Origin: Paraphysomonas bandaiensis
Taxonomy: Eukaryota > Protista > Chrysophyceae
Direction: 5' to 3'
Assembly (NCBI GenBank): GCA_965644295.1
Contig: CBFFRP010000353.1
Location: 1-36,054, forward strand
DNA length: 36,054 nucleotides
Position 1 is the first letter of the stretch. Each line of letters starts with the position of its first letter. Both the position numbers and the translations under genes were made by a program. Below the pieces are notes generated by a model, which was not told the origin of the DNA, did not search any database, and saw nothing but the letters and a program-made list of their open reading frames with translations. Below, piece by piece: positions 10,154 to 23,600 of the stretch.

Positions 10154-11725
10154 ATGTCTTCAAGAACTAGTGCAATCTTCAGTCGCCTAAAAGTGGGTCC
10201 CATGAAGCGACTGTACAAGTACTACACACCGGAAGCTATTAACTTTGCAGGTTGCAGTGTATTCAAACTAGATCGGATGTTTACCTTAACAACGTATAGG
10301 GGGTGTTCCAATGGACTCATCCTTTCCTATTAAAAAGCTAAATATCCACCTAGACACTGAAGAAAATATCGAAATAGCCGTCGGAAAGGGTTTAAGCCTT
10401 AATTATATACGCGGAGATGGTATCCCAGAGCTAAAGGAATGGGTCCAGAATCATGTGAAAAGTATACACTCTCCCCCTTCTGATTTCGGTACATGCGTCA
10501 CAGTTGGGAGTACGGATGCTTATGCCAAGACACTCGCTTTACTTTCTGGCGACACCGTTTTATTCGATCAATATGCATACGGCACAGCTGTTGCAGCGTG
10601 TCGTACCTATGGGCGAACAGGCGTAGGCGTTAAAATGGACTCTAATGGCATGGTCCCTGATGACCTACGTCTACAAACACTCCGTGCTCGGGAAAATGGA
10701 TTGGATCCGGATATTGTCTACCTTGTTCCAACTGCCCAGAACCCAACTGGAGTGTCAATGAGTTCTGCTCGTAAAGAAGCCATATACCGTGTATGCCAGG
10801 ATCTGGATCTTTATATTATAGAGGATGATGCCTATTACTACCTTTATCATGGACAACAGCCTATTGATAGTGAAATCGAGGTATCATCTTTACCAGGGTT
10901 CCGTTCATTACCAAGGTAATATCACTTGCAACAGCACGATATATACATGTAACTGTTTTTCTTTCCCCGCTGCACAAGATCCCTTCTCTCTATGGATACT
11001 GATGGTCGGGTCATTCGTATGGATAGTTTATCTAAGTTCATCTGCCCTGGCATGCGTCTAGGGTGGGTTTCAGCTCCAGCTGCTTTCACAGAGAAGTAAT
11101 CTTGTACTTCGCGTATATTCTATTCTTATTATCGTTTGGTTTGTTAGATATCTTCTCCTTCAAGAAATGACAACGCAGGTGACTGCGTATGCTATGTTTA
11201 TTACTTTTCTGAGGTTAATGGTTATTAGTTTCCTTCTGGTTTGAGCCAATCCGCGTTCACGGCTATGTTAAAAGGATGGGGAGATGAGAAACTGAACTCA
11301 CACCTGCAGCATGTATGTGTCGTGATTTCTACAAGTATCCTTTATTTACCTAATTGCAGATTCAAGGACACTATTGCCGTCAGCGCAATGCAATGTGTTC
11401 CGCACTTCTTAGCCAGCTGGATCGGAAGAATGTGTCATTCGAGATGCCTGACGGAGGCATGTTCGTATTTTTATACTTTAGGGAAGGGTATATTAATATG
11501 TCATCGGAAGAGCTCTTTAAGGTTCTTGCCCGACATGGTGTAATCATTGTTCCTGGAGATGACTTCAAGGTAGAAGGAATAAGAGGGAATTTAAGTGCTG
11601 AACTTGCGAAAGATTCTGGTTCGCAACTGTCAGTACGTCTCTCATATGCTGCCGCACAGCCTGCAGAGATAGCTGATGGTGTTTCACGACTTGCTAAAGG
11701 GCTTAAGGAAGCTGCATCTCTGTAA
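10154..11725 (+). CDS. Class I PLP-dependent aminotransferase (2-aminoadipate/aromatic amino acid transaminase-like)
   Basis: INFAGGVP, PTAQNPTG, IIEDDAY, DSLSKFICPGMRLGW (PLP lysine), PDGGMF and RLSY motifs across five GT-AG introns; start uncertain. Confidence 0.9.
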
Positions 11726-12311
11726 ATTTTATTCATGTGTATAGCATTTTGCCTAATCGAACTCAGTATAATAGCTCTGTTCTGCCAGATTCTTTATTGC
11801 GAAATGCTTTTCGAATTTTTATTTCCGAGAAACTAATCCATCATTTCACTGCAATGCTTTTTAAAGCACGATTTATAAAGCATGTCTAAATAATTCAACA
11901 ACTGCACTACTCGGGTGATGCGCTGGCATGTTTTCACAATGTTAATTGGTAGATGTAGCTTGTTAACATTTCACTGATGTCAATCTACAATCTCTACTAT
12001 GTGTTTCGCTATTGTATATATTTGCTTGAGATACTGATAAAATGGAATGGTCCATACATACACATACGAACCTATCATATTTACTTGCTCTCAATGTGTC
12101 TGCATTGCCATCGCAGCATTGGTTACTATATAATACACAAGGATATGTAAAAGGATTCTAACAGGCAATTTCGAACTGAAATATACAACTATACTACAAT
12201 TTGGTTTCTGCCATGCATAAAAACAATAGAAAAGATAGTTGGTATATCGTACAAATTGAACGTTGCAGATTATTATTCCCTTTACAGTGACGTCCAAAAC
12301 AACCTTAATAT

Positions 12312-12859
<548 letters not shown>

Positions 12860-13207
12860 CGTTCTGTTCACCTCTATATATACCAGGGAAGGTAACTGCA
12901 GTGCCTGTGACACAAGTAATTAACCCTCTTCAGTTCTCGACAGCACTTCCTTCTCAATCATTTATGTGTGGATGAAAAAAAGCTGAGAGCATATCTTCAA
13001 TCGACAAACTGAATTTAATAAATGTAAAATTCATTATCTCAACATACGTTGTATTCCACTGTAGTCCTCACCAGCATTGCAGTTTGTGCCAAGTGTACCG
13101 CTGTAGTTGGGTGATATCATGCACCGCATACCGCAGCTAGCTACTGCTGTGCTGTTAAGTTGCAGAAGTCACATATCTAAAGCATCACAGTATTAACAAC
13201 AAACACA

Positions 13208-14204
13208 ATGGCTAACAACACCCGTAATTCGAGAAAGCTTGTGCTTTTTGATGTCGATGGCACACTTACTGCAGCTAGACAGGTTTGACTATTGGTTACT
13301 CAGATGCAACAAGCTCACAATGTTACAGGAAAGCACCCCTGAAATGAAGGATTTCCTCAAGAGATTGAGCGAGAAAGTGGTTGTTGGTATCGTTGGTGGA
13401 TCAGATTTAGTCAAACAGCGAGAACAAATGGGACAAAATATAACCAACGAAGTAGATTATAGCTTTTCGGGTATGAGTGTGTATATCTGTAAGGCACATG
13501 TAATCTACTGATGCAGAGAATGGCTTGGTTGCCTACAAGCAAGGGGAGCTAATCGGAAAGCAGGTATTATGGAATTGAGCTTTCCTTATATCCGTTATGT
13601 TACATTCCGCATTAGTCAATCGCAGCACATTTGGGTGAAGATAAAATCAAGGAAATCGTTAACTTTGTGCTGCGTTATATTGCTGATCTCGATATTCCTA
13701 TCAAGAGGTTTGTACCTTTTATTTCGAACGTATATTTTGAGATGGTACACCAGGGGTACATTTATAGAGTTCCGTGCGGGTATGTTGAATATCTCACCTA
13801 TTGGCCGCAACTGCTCCCGTGAAGAGCGCAATGAGTACGAAAAATTTGACCTGGTACGATCGCCGTTGTTTCGGAGGTTATATTTTATTGTGTTCCTTGT
13901 TATTTAGGAACATGGAATCAGAAGAGAGATGGTGCGCGCTATGCGGGAACGGTTCAGCGATATGGACCTGACATACTCCATCGGCGGACAGATATCCTTT
14001 GATCTCTTTCCCAGAGGATGGGACAAAACTTACTGTTTAAGATACATACCAGAAGACGAATATGATGAGATCCATTTCTTCGGTGACAAAACTTATGAGG
14101 GTGGGAATGATCATGAAATATTTACACACTCTAGAGTCATTGGCCATACTACTACTGGACCGGACGACACAGTCAGTCAATGTAAGTCCCTCTTCGGCCT
14201 CTAG
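13208..14204 (+). CDS. PMM: Phosphomannomutase (HAD family, PMM/SEC53)
   Basis: [21 protein letters not shown]…[25 protein letters not shown] and FFGDKT…GGND motifs over several short introns. Confidence 0.95.
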
Positions 14205-14763
14205 GCAGTAGATTCGCACGCCACTATCGAATAAGTAAAAAGAACGATATTCATTCTTGATTGAAAATTTGGATTTAATTAGTTTTGTGGCTTTTCCTTC
14301 TGCCCACGCCTGTATGGTACGGTGACGAGAAACTCTTTAAACTTTCGACACTACTAGATGTCGACGCATCTTACGCCCATTTTGCACTCTACGATTAAAC
14401 GGGTGCACAGCAACATTCTTACTAAAAACACAATCATGCCGGGAAACCACTTCCGAGCAAATAAAGATTATGATGCACAATGTGAAGACGTAGTCTTTGA
14501 ATTTCTACAGTGGTTGCATCTTGATGTAGGAAATAGTATTATGTCGGGAAAGAGAGTAGTATTGCTCTTCTTGCCACGCGCATAATACTATATTTCCGCA
14601 CTTCATCTCAGTATGTAAACTGAATATGTATATGCAGTAACTGCCACCACCTTCATCTACATAATAGGATATAATTATTACTTGTTTTAAAATAGCACAA
14701 CTACTATTAAAAAATTAGAAGCGCATGCCTACAATAGCGCGATAATAAATATACACACAAGAG

Positions 14764-15225
14764 CTATGTAGCATGCGCAGGGGGAAGGATCTCTTTTGTT
14801 TTCCCTGAAGCCCATTCAGCTTCAGCTTTTGTGTACTGCTTCTGAGCAACATCCTTCAATCTGCCAATATATTACACATTTTACGTACTGTTGCCATGAA
14901 TCTATACCTTCGTTTATGTAATTTAGACTGACAGTGGCTGTCTAAAGTCTTTTGGTCAATGAAGTGTCGTCCGCATGGTGTGCAGTAATACTGTCCAAGT
15001 CTGGCGTGTGATTATGATATAAGAACTTCACACACCGAAAAGAATTCAGTCTCACCCTGCTAAATCATCATCAATCTCAAACGTCTTTTTCTCTCCTGTT
15101 TCCTGCTCTATTTTCAAATCATCTTGTATTTGGTCGATATCACGAGGTCTATTCTTTGTTCGAAGTTGTTTCTTATACTCCTTATTCTTAGAGGTTCTTC
15201 TTCGGGACACTCTTTGCCGTCCCAT
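14764..15225 (-). CDS. ZNF593: Zinc finger protein 593 / Bud20 (pre-60S factor)
   Basis: RPRDIDQIQDDL…LAGLGQYYCTPCGRHF…HCQSKLHKRRLK…YTKAEAEWASG; two GT-AG introns. Confidence 0.92.
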
Positions 15226-15722
15226 CTCCAGCAATTATAAACAGAATATATAAGATTATTCCTCAAATTTCAATGATTTAATCAGTGTAATACGTCAAAG
15301 ATAGTCAACGGGACACTTGTAGTGACATGAGGTGCTAGTTAGGGAGTTCTCTGGCTCATCATCCTTCATTCATTACAACCAATCAAAAAATACCTCCATA
15401 CCACCGTATGGTTTTCTATATACGGGGGAGAATCCCGGTGTGATACCCGTACGATTGTGTTGAAAAACAGGTGATTTTTTCAAGAGGAAATAGAAACCAC
15501 TCTACTGTATATAGAAAATAGGAATATAAGCCTGGATGTACTCAGTGCATATACATGCTATGTACTGTATGATAAGAAGTGGAAGTGGAAGTCTGAAGTA
15601 ATATATAGAAAGGGGTGTATAGTATAGTGATGGAATTCATCTGATACAAGACGTGAACTTACTTATGTGACCTGTATTTATATTCTACTCAAGAATGATA
15701 TATAGTTACTAATATAATACCC

Positions 15723-18700
15723 ATGACTGCATCGATGAATCAGAGTGCTATTATGGTGAAATCATGTGCATTTTGTCATAGAGATAGATCTGATATATGT
15801 GGTGAGATATTAGGACCATTTCGAGTAAACTCTAAGTTAGAAATATATGCTCATTTATACTGTATATATTTCTCTTGGGATGTCTGGATGAATGTTTGTG
15901 ATGATAAAACACTCATGGAAATGTTTTTCATATATCCAAGTCCATCATTAGTGTATGTTAACGATGATATTAAGCGGATGACTCCGTATTTAGAGAATGT
16001 TGTATCGAATTATAATCGAACGAAAAAGAATCGTTGTGTTGGTTGTAAGAAATCAAGAGCTACTGTTGCGTGTTCAATTGCCTCGTGCAATTCACAGTAC
16101 CACTTTCCATGTGCTCAAGGCAACGCTAGATTCTTTTATTGCAGTTTAGCGTATATTAAAGAACAAAGTGCCTCACGGTCAGTGAAGTCGTATGGGCTAA
16201 TTCGTCCTGCCCGATTTATTATATGTCACAACCATCGTGAGTGGAATTCCGACTGGCGGGAGTTGCGGTTGTATTTAGATGAGCAGTACCGATGTAACGT
16301 GGTCAACGTGGACGAACTGCCGCTCCGAATAAGATCAATGGTTTCTGAGGCCGGCTGTGTGCCTATATACGACCCAAGGACACGTAAGTTGTTCAGTTTT
16401 TATTGTTTTGACAGTAATACTCATTCCCAATCGATTAGTATGCCTTGTAGATAGGATCCAACAACGGTTTTCAGCTGTGAACATAAAGCAGATGCTCAAA
16501 GAATATTTTCACTCACATTTAAAATATATGTCTCAGAATTCCGATGCCAACCGTCTTTTAATTCGGGACACGAGTAACTATCCAGATGTCCCAGTTCTCC
16601 CAGACAACTTCGTTCGCCAGCTCCCACTCCCCCTAGATGACAGAATTCATTACGATGGTATATGGTATGAATCACTTCGCGGTGTTTCACGGGGCAAGTT
16701 TTGTGGATTTTGCGGACTAGTAGAGCGCCCTCATGACAGAGATTCCGGTAGTAGCAGTGATACCGTGGATTCATTGATGTGTTGCTCTAAGTGTGGGCTG
16801 TACATGCATACACGGTGTGCTCACTCACATCACTATCGACCCAGTACGCCATCGGAAGATTGGCTCTGTTCACGTTGTGTCTTAACATCGACACCATCTT
16901 GTGTTTTCTGTGAAGAAAATGATCCTTGCATGGCCCTAGCAATTACTGGCGGGGGATTTTGGGCCCATGGTCCCTGTGGTTGGACGGCAAACACGGAGAT
17001 ATACGGTCAACAGTGCACTGTATGCAATAACTTTTTGTCTGGTTGCTTGGTGCGTTATTATTATTAAACCACATTCATATGCAATTAATTCTTGAGGCAG
17101 GTAAAGTGCGCCTCTCCAGGGTGCGGAAGCGTGTTCCACATGTCGTGTGCATGGCTTCAAGGGTTTCCTCTAACTCGCTCTTGTGTTGGTGATCCACATG
17201 ATAAACAACCTCTTAGTATTATGTATGTAGCTTCATTACTTTAGTGTTTTCGTAATATGTTTCGTAGTGCGTATTGTGGTCAACATACTGCAGTTAACCC
17301 ACCTCGGCGGTCTCCTATCAGACTCAGATTCAAACTCAAGAATAAAGACCCAGTTGATATACTATCGAACATGGCGGCAGTCAACTTTAAGGCGCTTCAT
17401 AAGAAAATGTTTCTTCTGAATGATATAACTCTCGATAAGACACTTTCTGAGAAAAAACTGGATCAGCTTGGCATTGATATAAAGTCTCGATTACAGCATG
17501 AGAGCAGTTGCGTTATGGCTTTACTGCCTGATGACACAACTAGTTGTACTCTTCGAGAATACCTGAAGAGCTCAGCCGTTGGGTGTGTAACAGAAACATG
17601 GAAGAATGTTGTTCTCGTTAGTCGTGATAATAGGCGCTTGTATAATGGGCTACAGCGCGCTATACTTGAGCATGCTGGACACTCCACTTCGCACTTAAAA
17701 AGCGGGGAGTTTTTTCTTATCGGCTTCAAAGATGGTATTAAAGTACCAGACCAACCCCAGCCTGCTACAATGAATGCAATTTCGACTGGGAAGCCTGATT
17801 CTTTAGTGAGTACTGTTTCTGATTCAAGCGTATCCCATTCCTCCATTGCCAAACTCTCTAAACCACTCGACAACGTATCGGAGGCTTCTATGAGGAGGCT
17901 GGAAACTACTAAAGGTACTGCAGCAGGTACACAGAATTCAACACATGGAGTTGAGGAGAGAGCGGCGTCTATTTCCGCAACTGCGCCAAGACCAGGAGTT
18001 GTTTCAGCAGCACCGGTCGTGCGAAAGAGTATTCCTCGAGATATTATCCCTGTAAAGAATGGTAGTTCTGACATCAGACCGGTACCAGAACCGTCATTCA
18101 AACAAAGACCATTGTATAGCCAAGCTAGCGTTAAACCCAGATCCACCAATTATCTGTCGAAAGACTCAATGAAAGATGTCCATGCTGCTCGGGAGAACAG
18201 GGTCTTGAAGTTTGCAAAGCCCAATGGAAAGTCGATCTCGAGACAACCTCTGTCTGGATCGGGGCGGGCGATGTCAAGGAATGACCAAGGCGACGATATT
18301 TCCAAATCCGTGTTAGCAGACGAACCCAGTACAGTGAATATAAAAAATATTGGTATTACGGAAAAACTCATCGATTCGTCCTCCTCTGCACCAAGCCCGA
18401 CAACGAGTGCTACCATCGGTTCGTCGGACGCTTCAGAAGGTTTACATCGAGAACGGAGCCCTGTTGCGTTTATATCTAGAACTCCGTGTATCAATGAAGA
18501 TGTTCCCATGGAACTAGAGGACGACGATTCGTTGAGAGCTTCTTGTCGCATCCATAATTCAGATGAGGGTAGCAATTCAAAAGTATCAAGTGATGTTGGA
18601 GGGAGGGCCAGCACGACTAATTTTAGTACAACTAGTAGTGAAACTCGGAAAAGAAAGGTCCAATGGGATGTAGATGATAGTCCCTCTTGGGAGGAAGGGG

Positions 18701-19272
18701 AAGTTGATAGTGGTAGTAGCAATACTGACGTGAATATGTATGGTTCGAATTTTGGTCTTGCCAGTAGAGGGGATGAAACATCCGCCGACAATCGTGACCA
18801 TTGGAAGGGGAATAGATATATGAGTAGATATAGAGACATAGATTTAAGCGGAGACAGGCCAACAAACACTAATTATGATGGACTGAATCAGAAAGAGCCA
18901 CGCGAATGGGAAACATTTTCGGGTTTTACACATGAATATTCTCCAGAAGATCGGCAGTCGCCGCGATATGATGACAACCGAAGTCGGTTGCAAGGTCAGC
19001 GTAGCAGAGGGCGTACAGAATCTCCAATGAGAGACATGGAGTCGAAACCGTTTGGGCGTGCCAAAGTTATAGATCTCGCTATGGATAATGAGGATTATGA
19101 GTCATCTAGCTCAGAGGAAAAGTTGGTCGGAACTGCAAAGAAAACAAGAAATCGTGGGAAAATTCGGAAGGCCATGCGAGCGAATGGATATGTATTTAAG
19201 TCAAAATCTGCAAAGCAAGAAATTCGTACAAAGCGTTTTTTCTCCAGCTTATCTGCATCCCGCGAAAATTAG
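15723..19272 (+). CDS. PHD-finger chromatin protein: N-terminal extended PHD, PHD-zinc knuckle-ePHD (PZP) module, possible SPOC-like domain, long disordered tail
   Basis: Cys/His spacing CAFC…HLYC…CVGC…ACSIASC…HFPC, CGFC…CSKC…HTRC…WLCSRC and CVFC…HGPC…CTVC…HMSC…YCGQH; introns 16384-16450, 17050-17100, 17223-17267. Confidence 0.8.
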
Positions 19273-19530
19273 ATATGTCTTTTTTGTCAGAAGAGTGTGA
19301 AGTTGTGTTTTTGAGTCTGCTTTATTTGACGTGTTGTAAGCAGTGAGTTGGAGCCTCCATATAGCAGCAGGGAAATTCACTTTGATATGTAGCATCTCAC
19401 TATAAAATAAATACCTGTTATTTTATATAAAGTGAAACTGGATGATTAGTTACGAAGTTCTACAGAAATGGTTGATGGGAAAACATTCCACTTGGATAAA
19501 CAAGAATACGCTAGACTGTAGATTTGCATT

Positions 19531-19582
19531 CCCTCTGGACTCGCACCTTTTCGTGGTGTTCTGGGAAACTAACGTGAGCCGC
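19531..19582 (+). mobile_element. Deleted copy of the retroposon 5' end (ribozyme lacking P4)
   Basis: Starts CCCTC like 1208; 19537-19582 is identical to 1222-1296 except for loss of 29 bp between two TCTGGG microhomologies. Confidence 0.8.
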
Positions 19583-20606
19583 TTATATAGATGTATATTC
19601 AGCATTTTTTTTTCCCACTCGTACTTGAGTGTATACTAGATGATTTACATGAAGGATAAGGACTAATAAAATGACAGCAAGATATGTTTGAACAGGGCGT
19701 TAGCACCACATACATTTGCGTATCTTGCATAATATAGTTTGGTAACTATTCAGTTAATTTGATATTTTATTGAATACGTGTGCTGTATTCACGCGCTAAG
19801 AGATATACGTGAATCATTGAATCTTAATAACACTTAAAGCTTGAACATAATTCACTTACAAGTAGGAATTATAATTATTAATCTGGTGAACATCTGTTCT
19901 CAGTAACATATATTTATCATATGTTCACCAGTCACTCCTATATATCAGCAACTGAATTTACTTTCTCTGTAACTATATTCACCCTTTACACCATGTTCGT
20001 TTCATCTATTACACACTATTAACTTACTTCAATTGTATAGTCTATACCGCATTATAATGCAAAGAACTCAACACATACATGGCTACTAGGGAAAAGTGAA
20101 CGATAAAATATTGTAATATATTGTAAAAATAATGTAAAACGCAATATCCGGCAATATAGTTATTCTTAAGTAATCTCCCAATATATTACAATAGATTTGG
20201 TATGTAGTAACGATTGTACGTATGTATACATACCTACAAAGTGACAAGTACTTGTATATATAGCAAATGATAGTAATTATCAATCAATCTTCATTGCACA
20301 GTCTGGCATTTGGATATATTGCATGAAAAGGCAGTGTACCTGTCTCCACAAGTAGCCAAGGGTGTAAGTAGTATTTGTTTGGAAGTGTAGTGGGTTTGAC
20401 TGTCATGTGATCTTTATGATTAGTACTAAAAATGGAATGTATGCATGTATTCTTTATCATCTGTTAGATCTGTAATGGTATGATAAGTATGTAATATATG
20501 AACGTCTTGTTATTTTAGCAATATAGGCGTCAAGAATATGCACTAGAATGGTATTGTTAGAAAAGTATTTAATTTTACTATCGATAAAACCTTAGCTAAG
20601 CACCAG

Positions 20607-23600
20607 TTAGTTAAATTGTTTTACTATATTAGTTCTGACCCTTACACGTCTATTGCTAATAATAAGACCGTCACTACTACAAAAAAGACATTCACTATTA
20701 AAATCCTGTTCCAATATGTTGTTCTTTTTTCTATATATGGTTGAGGTGGTACCCATGAACGTCACTATACAAGAGCTACACACTTCGAACAATGACTTTG
20801 ATATATTATATCATCAAACATCAAAAAAGTCAAATCTATAGTTAATAGTTACAGATTCGTTTGATGTTGATGCAAAACGAATGACTTGCCAACAGTGCAA
20901 GGAAAAAGACCACAGTCTAGTGCGGTTGTTATTCATGATTCGTGCAATTACGATGAATGAGCTAAAAGTTCACTGCTCAAAACATATGTGGTTGAACTAC
21001 TTAATATACTTCAGATTCAATCTAATTCCTGCATTACCAGGAAGAGCTACACCTGTCAATTTATCATACAAAGTAAACCATTCATTCATGTCGTTGATAT
21101 CATTCACAGATTGCGACGTCGATGATTGTGACTTCAGCTGCGCCAACTCGTTTAGAGAGGGAACATTGGAACACAAAAAGTCTACCAAGGAAAAGTCCGC
21201 AGACCCAACAACGGTATTCGTTTCGCCACCCTATAATATATCCGTCAATATTAAAGGAATCAACAAAGGATGATATACCAATGACATCGGTGTTCGTAAT
21301 AAAACAAATACAACGATTCTGGCATTATTTTCAATAGCAGCTGTGATGTTAATATCCCTGAAGAGGAAATCTTCTCGAAAAACGGGGTTCGGTCCACGGG
21401 GTTGTCCTCCAGATTTGTACACTAAATTTGACACGGTTGTCGGAGAAATGCTGACCTAATGATATGTTACGTTATGACAAAATGCCAAAAAATATATCCC
21501 TACTTGAACAAATAGTTTAGGTAGTACAGCAGTAAATGGACCTCCCACATTCAATGAACTCGACAGCTCCTTGACGGGAAGATCCCGTGCGCTCACAACT
21601 GTCAGTACAAATGATCCTACAATGTCAGTGTCTGATGGGTCTCTCACTGAGCTCCCTAGCCCTGCACTTTCAACTTTGTCCAAATCTACTGCTGTGACAG
21701 ATGATTTTTTCCCTTTCGTGATGGCTTGAACGCCAACAATTCCCCCATGTCTAGCAGAACTGAGTTTGGACACCGTTGGAATTAAGTCAGAAAATTCTGC
21801 CGCTAAATTCCATTCCATTTTCTTAGATTGTAGCCTCCCTAATTCTGTACCCTCTTCAAGGTACTGTTGTAGACAGAAATACCTGAAGTACATCACACTC
21901 CATATAATGCAGTGAAATGTAACTCTACCTGTGTTGCAGCTCGAGGTCATCGGGGACCATTTTTATCCATTTGTGGATATACTTCCTAGCTAAGGCTGAG
22001 AGTCTCTTCCCTCTATCAGCCCGAATATCATCAGATGTGATTACAGATCCCGTAGAATGGACAAGCTGCATAGAAAAATATTCAAACCAGTAGATAGAAG
22101 GGTCACCTTAAATAACAGATACCTGAGTTGGAGTTAGAAGGGGTGGCGGAGTGACACCAATTTCATCAGCACTGGCAGTGTGTGTAATGCGATTGATGGC
22201 CTGTATCCATTCCCTCGCCTCGTTGTCTGTTTTACAGGCAAATACCCATCCGGAAACCTTGTAGAGAACTCCACCTTCGCCCATTACACTCCGCGGAGGA
22301 GGAGCTCCGTACAGAAGGCTCACCTGGAACATGTGTAAAACTCGTGTGTGATGTTTCCGTGGCTCTAACTTCTCAGTTGCCATCACGAGGGGCCTATCTT
22401 CGGTATCCCAACTACTGTTCGGACTCGACACAGGTTGTTTCGAGGTGCTATGTCTACGCTCAATGACAGTGCGGCCACTACGCAACAGTTAAATAAGTCA
22501 AGGTCGAAGCCAAAACACAGATTTCTTACACATAGGACGCGTGCACATGCTTCAAATCAAATAACGTCACAGTTTCGCGTTTCTTTTCTCTCTTCGTTTG
22601 GGAGACATGCTTATGAACGTGGGAGGTTGAGGTCGCTGTCTTCTCTGTGACTTTCAACAGTCCCGGAATCATCCATGCTTCACACCAACGTGAAGTCCAA
22701 CCCTCTGTAACCACTGAGCCAGTCTTTTCATCAGAATGATGTTTGGATTGCTCATCACTCTCGATTCCTTCATTGCCATTGTCTGTCCTCTCCTCTTCCG
22801 GCCATAACTTACTATACAGGAACCCACTCAGCTCGTGGCGTTGCATGCAATGGAGGGGATCCTCCAGTGATAATCGGTGAAGGTAGTCGCCATTCCTCAA
22901 TTTTGGTCCCCTAAAACCCACTACTTGTAAGCGCTTTAACCCCATCACTACCTGGCGGGAAGTATATGATATCCAAATAGCAATTCTCTTGGCATATATC
23001 TTCGCACGTACAACTCCATCCTCAGGTGCAAAAAGAGCAAGCCCTACTAAAAATGCAAAAGTGTTTGGGCTGACAAAACACAAAAAAAACGAAGCTCCTA
23101 GAGCGAGAGCGAATGCAAAAGACAGAGCCCCAAAAGACAAAAGGGGATCAGAGAGAAGAAGAAGATTGTTACACTGCTCGAGTAACGATGCCATTGCATC
23201 GATCTTTTGCTCCATGCTCACTGCAGCTGCTTTAAGACTTTTGTATCTGTCATAAAACTGCACTAAGAATGCCATATAAAACTCAAAATGACTGCAACTA
23301 CCTATCAGCAATGCTTTTCGGCTCTTCTTGATGAGTGTAATCAGTTCCTTCATCTTCTGTCTCCACGAAGAGCTTCACCTCATCATAGCTCCTCCTCCGA
23401 GCCGCCAGTACACCAATACAGAACACGGAAAACATAAATACCAGTGGGAATTGCCACACCGGTGCAACAAGAAAAACATAGGCATGCAAGTAGAGGGCTC
23501 CAAAGGACACACTCCAGTGAACTTTCCAGTGAATGATGTCCAGAAAAGTGTGCATATATAGAGGAAGTTTCCCAATTCGAATTATGCGTTTGATGTTATT

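Noticed and set aside
17463-18869. Long minus-strand ORFs (228 and 239 aa)
   Set aside because: Antisense shadows of the low-complexity PHD gene exon
20511-20531. TATTTTAGCAATATAGGCGT resembling the retroposon 3' end
   Set aside because: Too short and gapped to distinguish from chance
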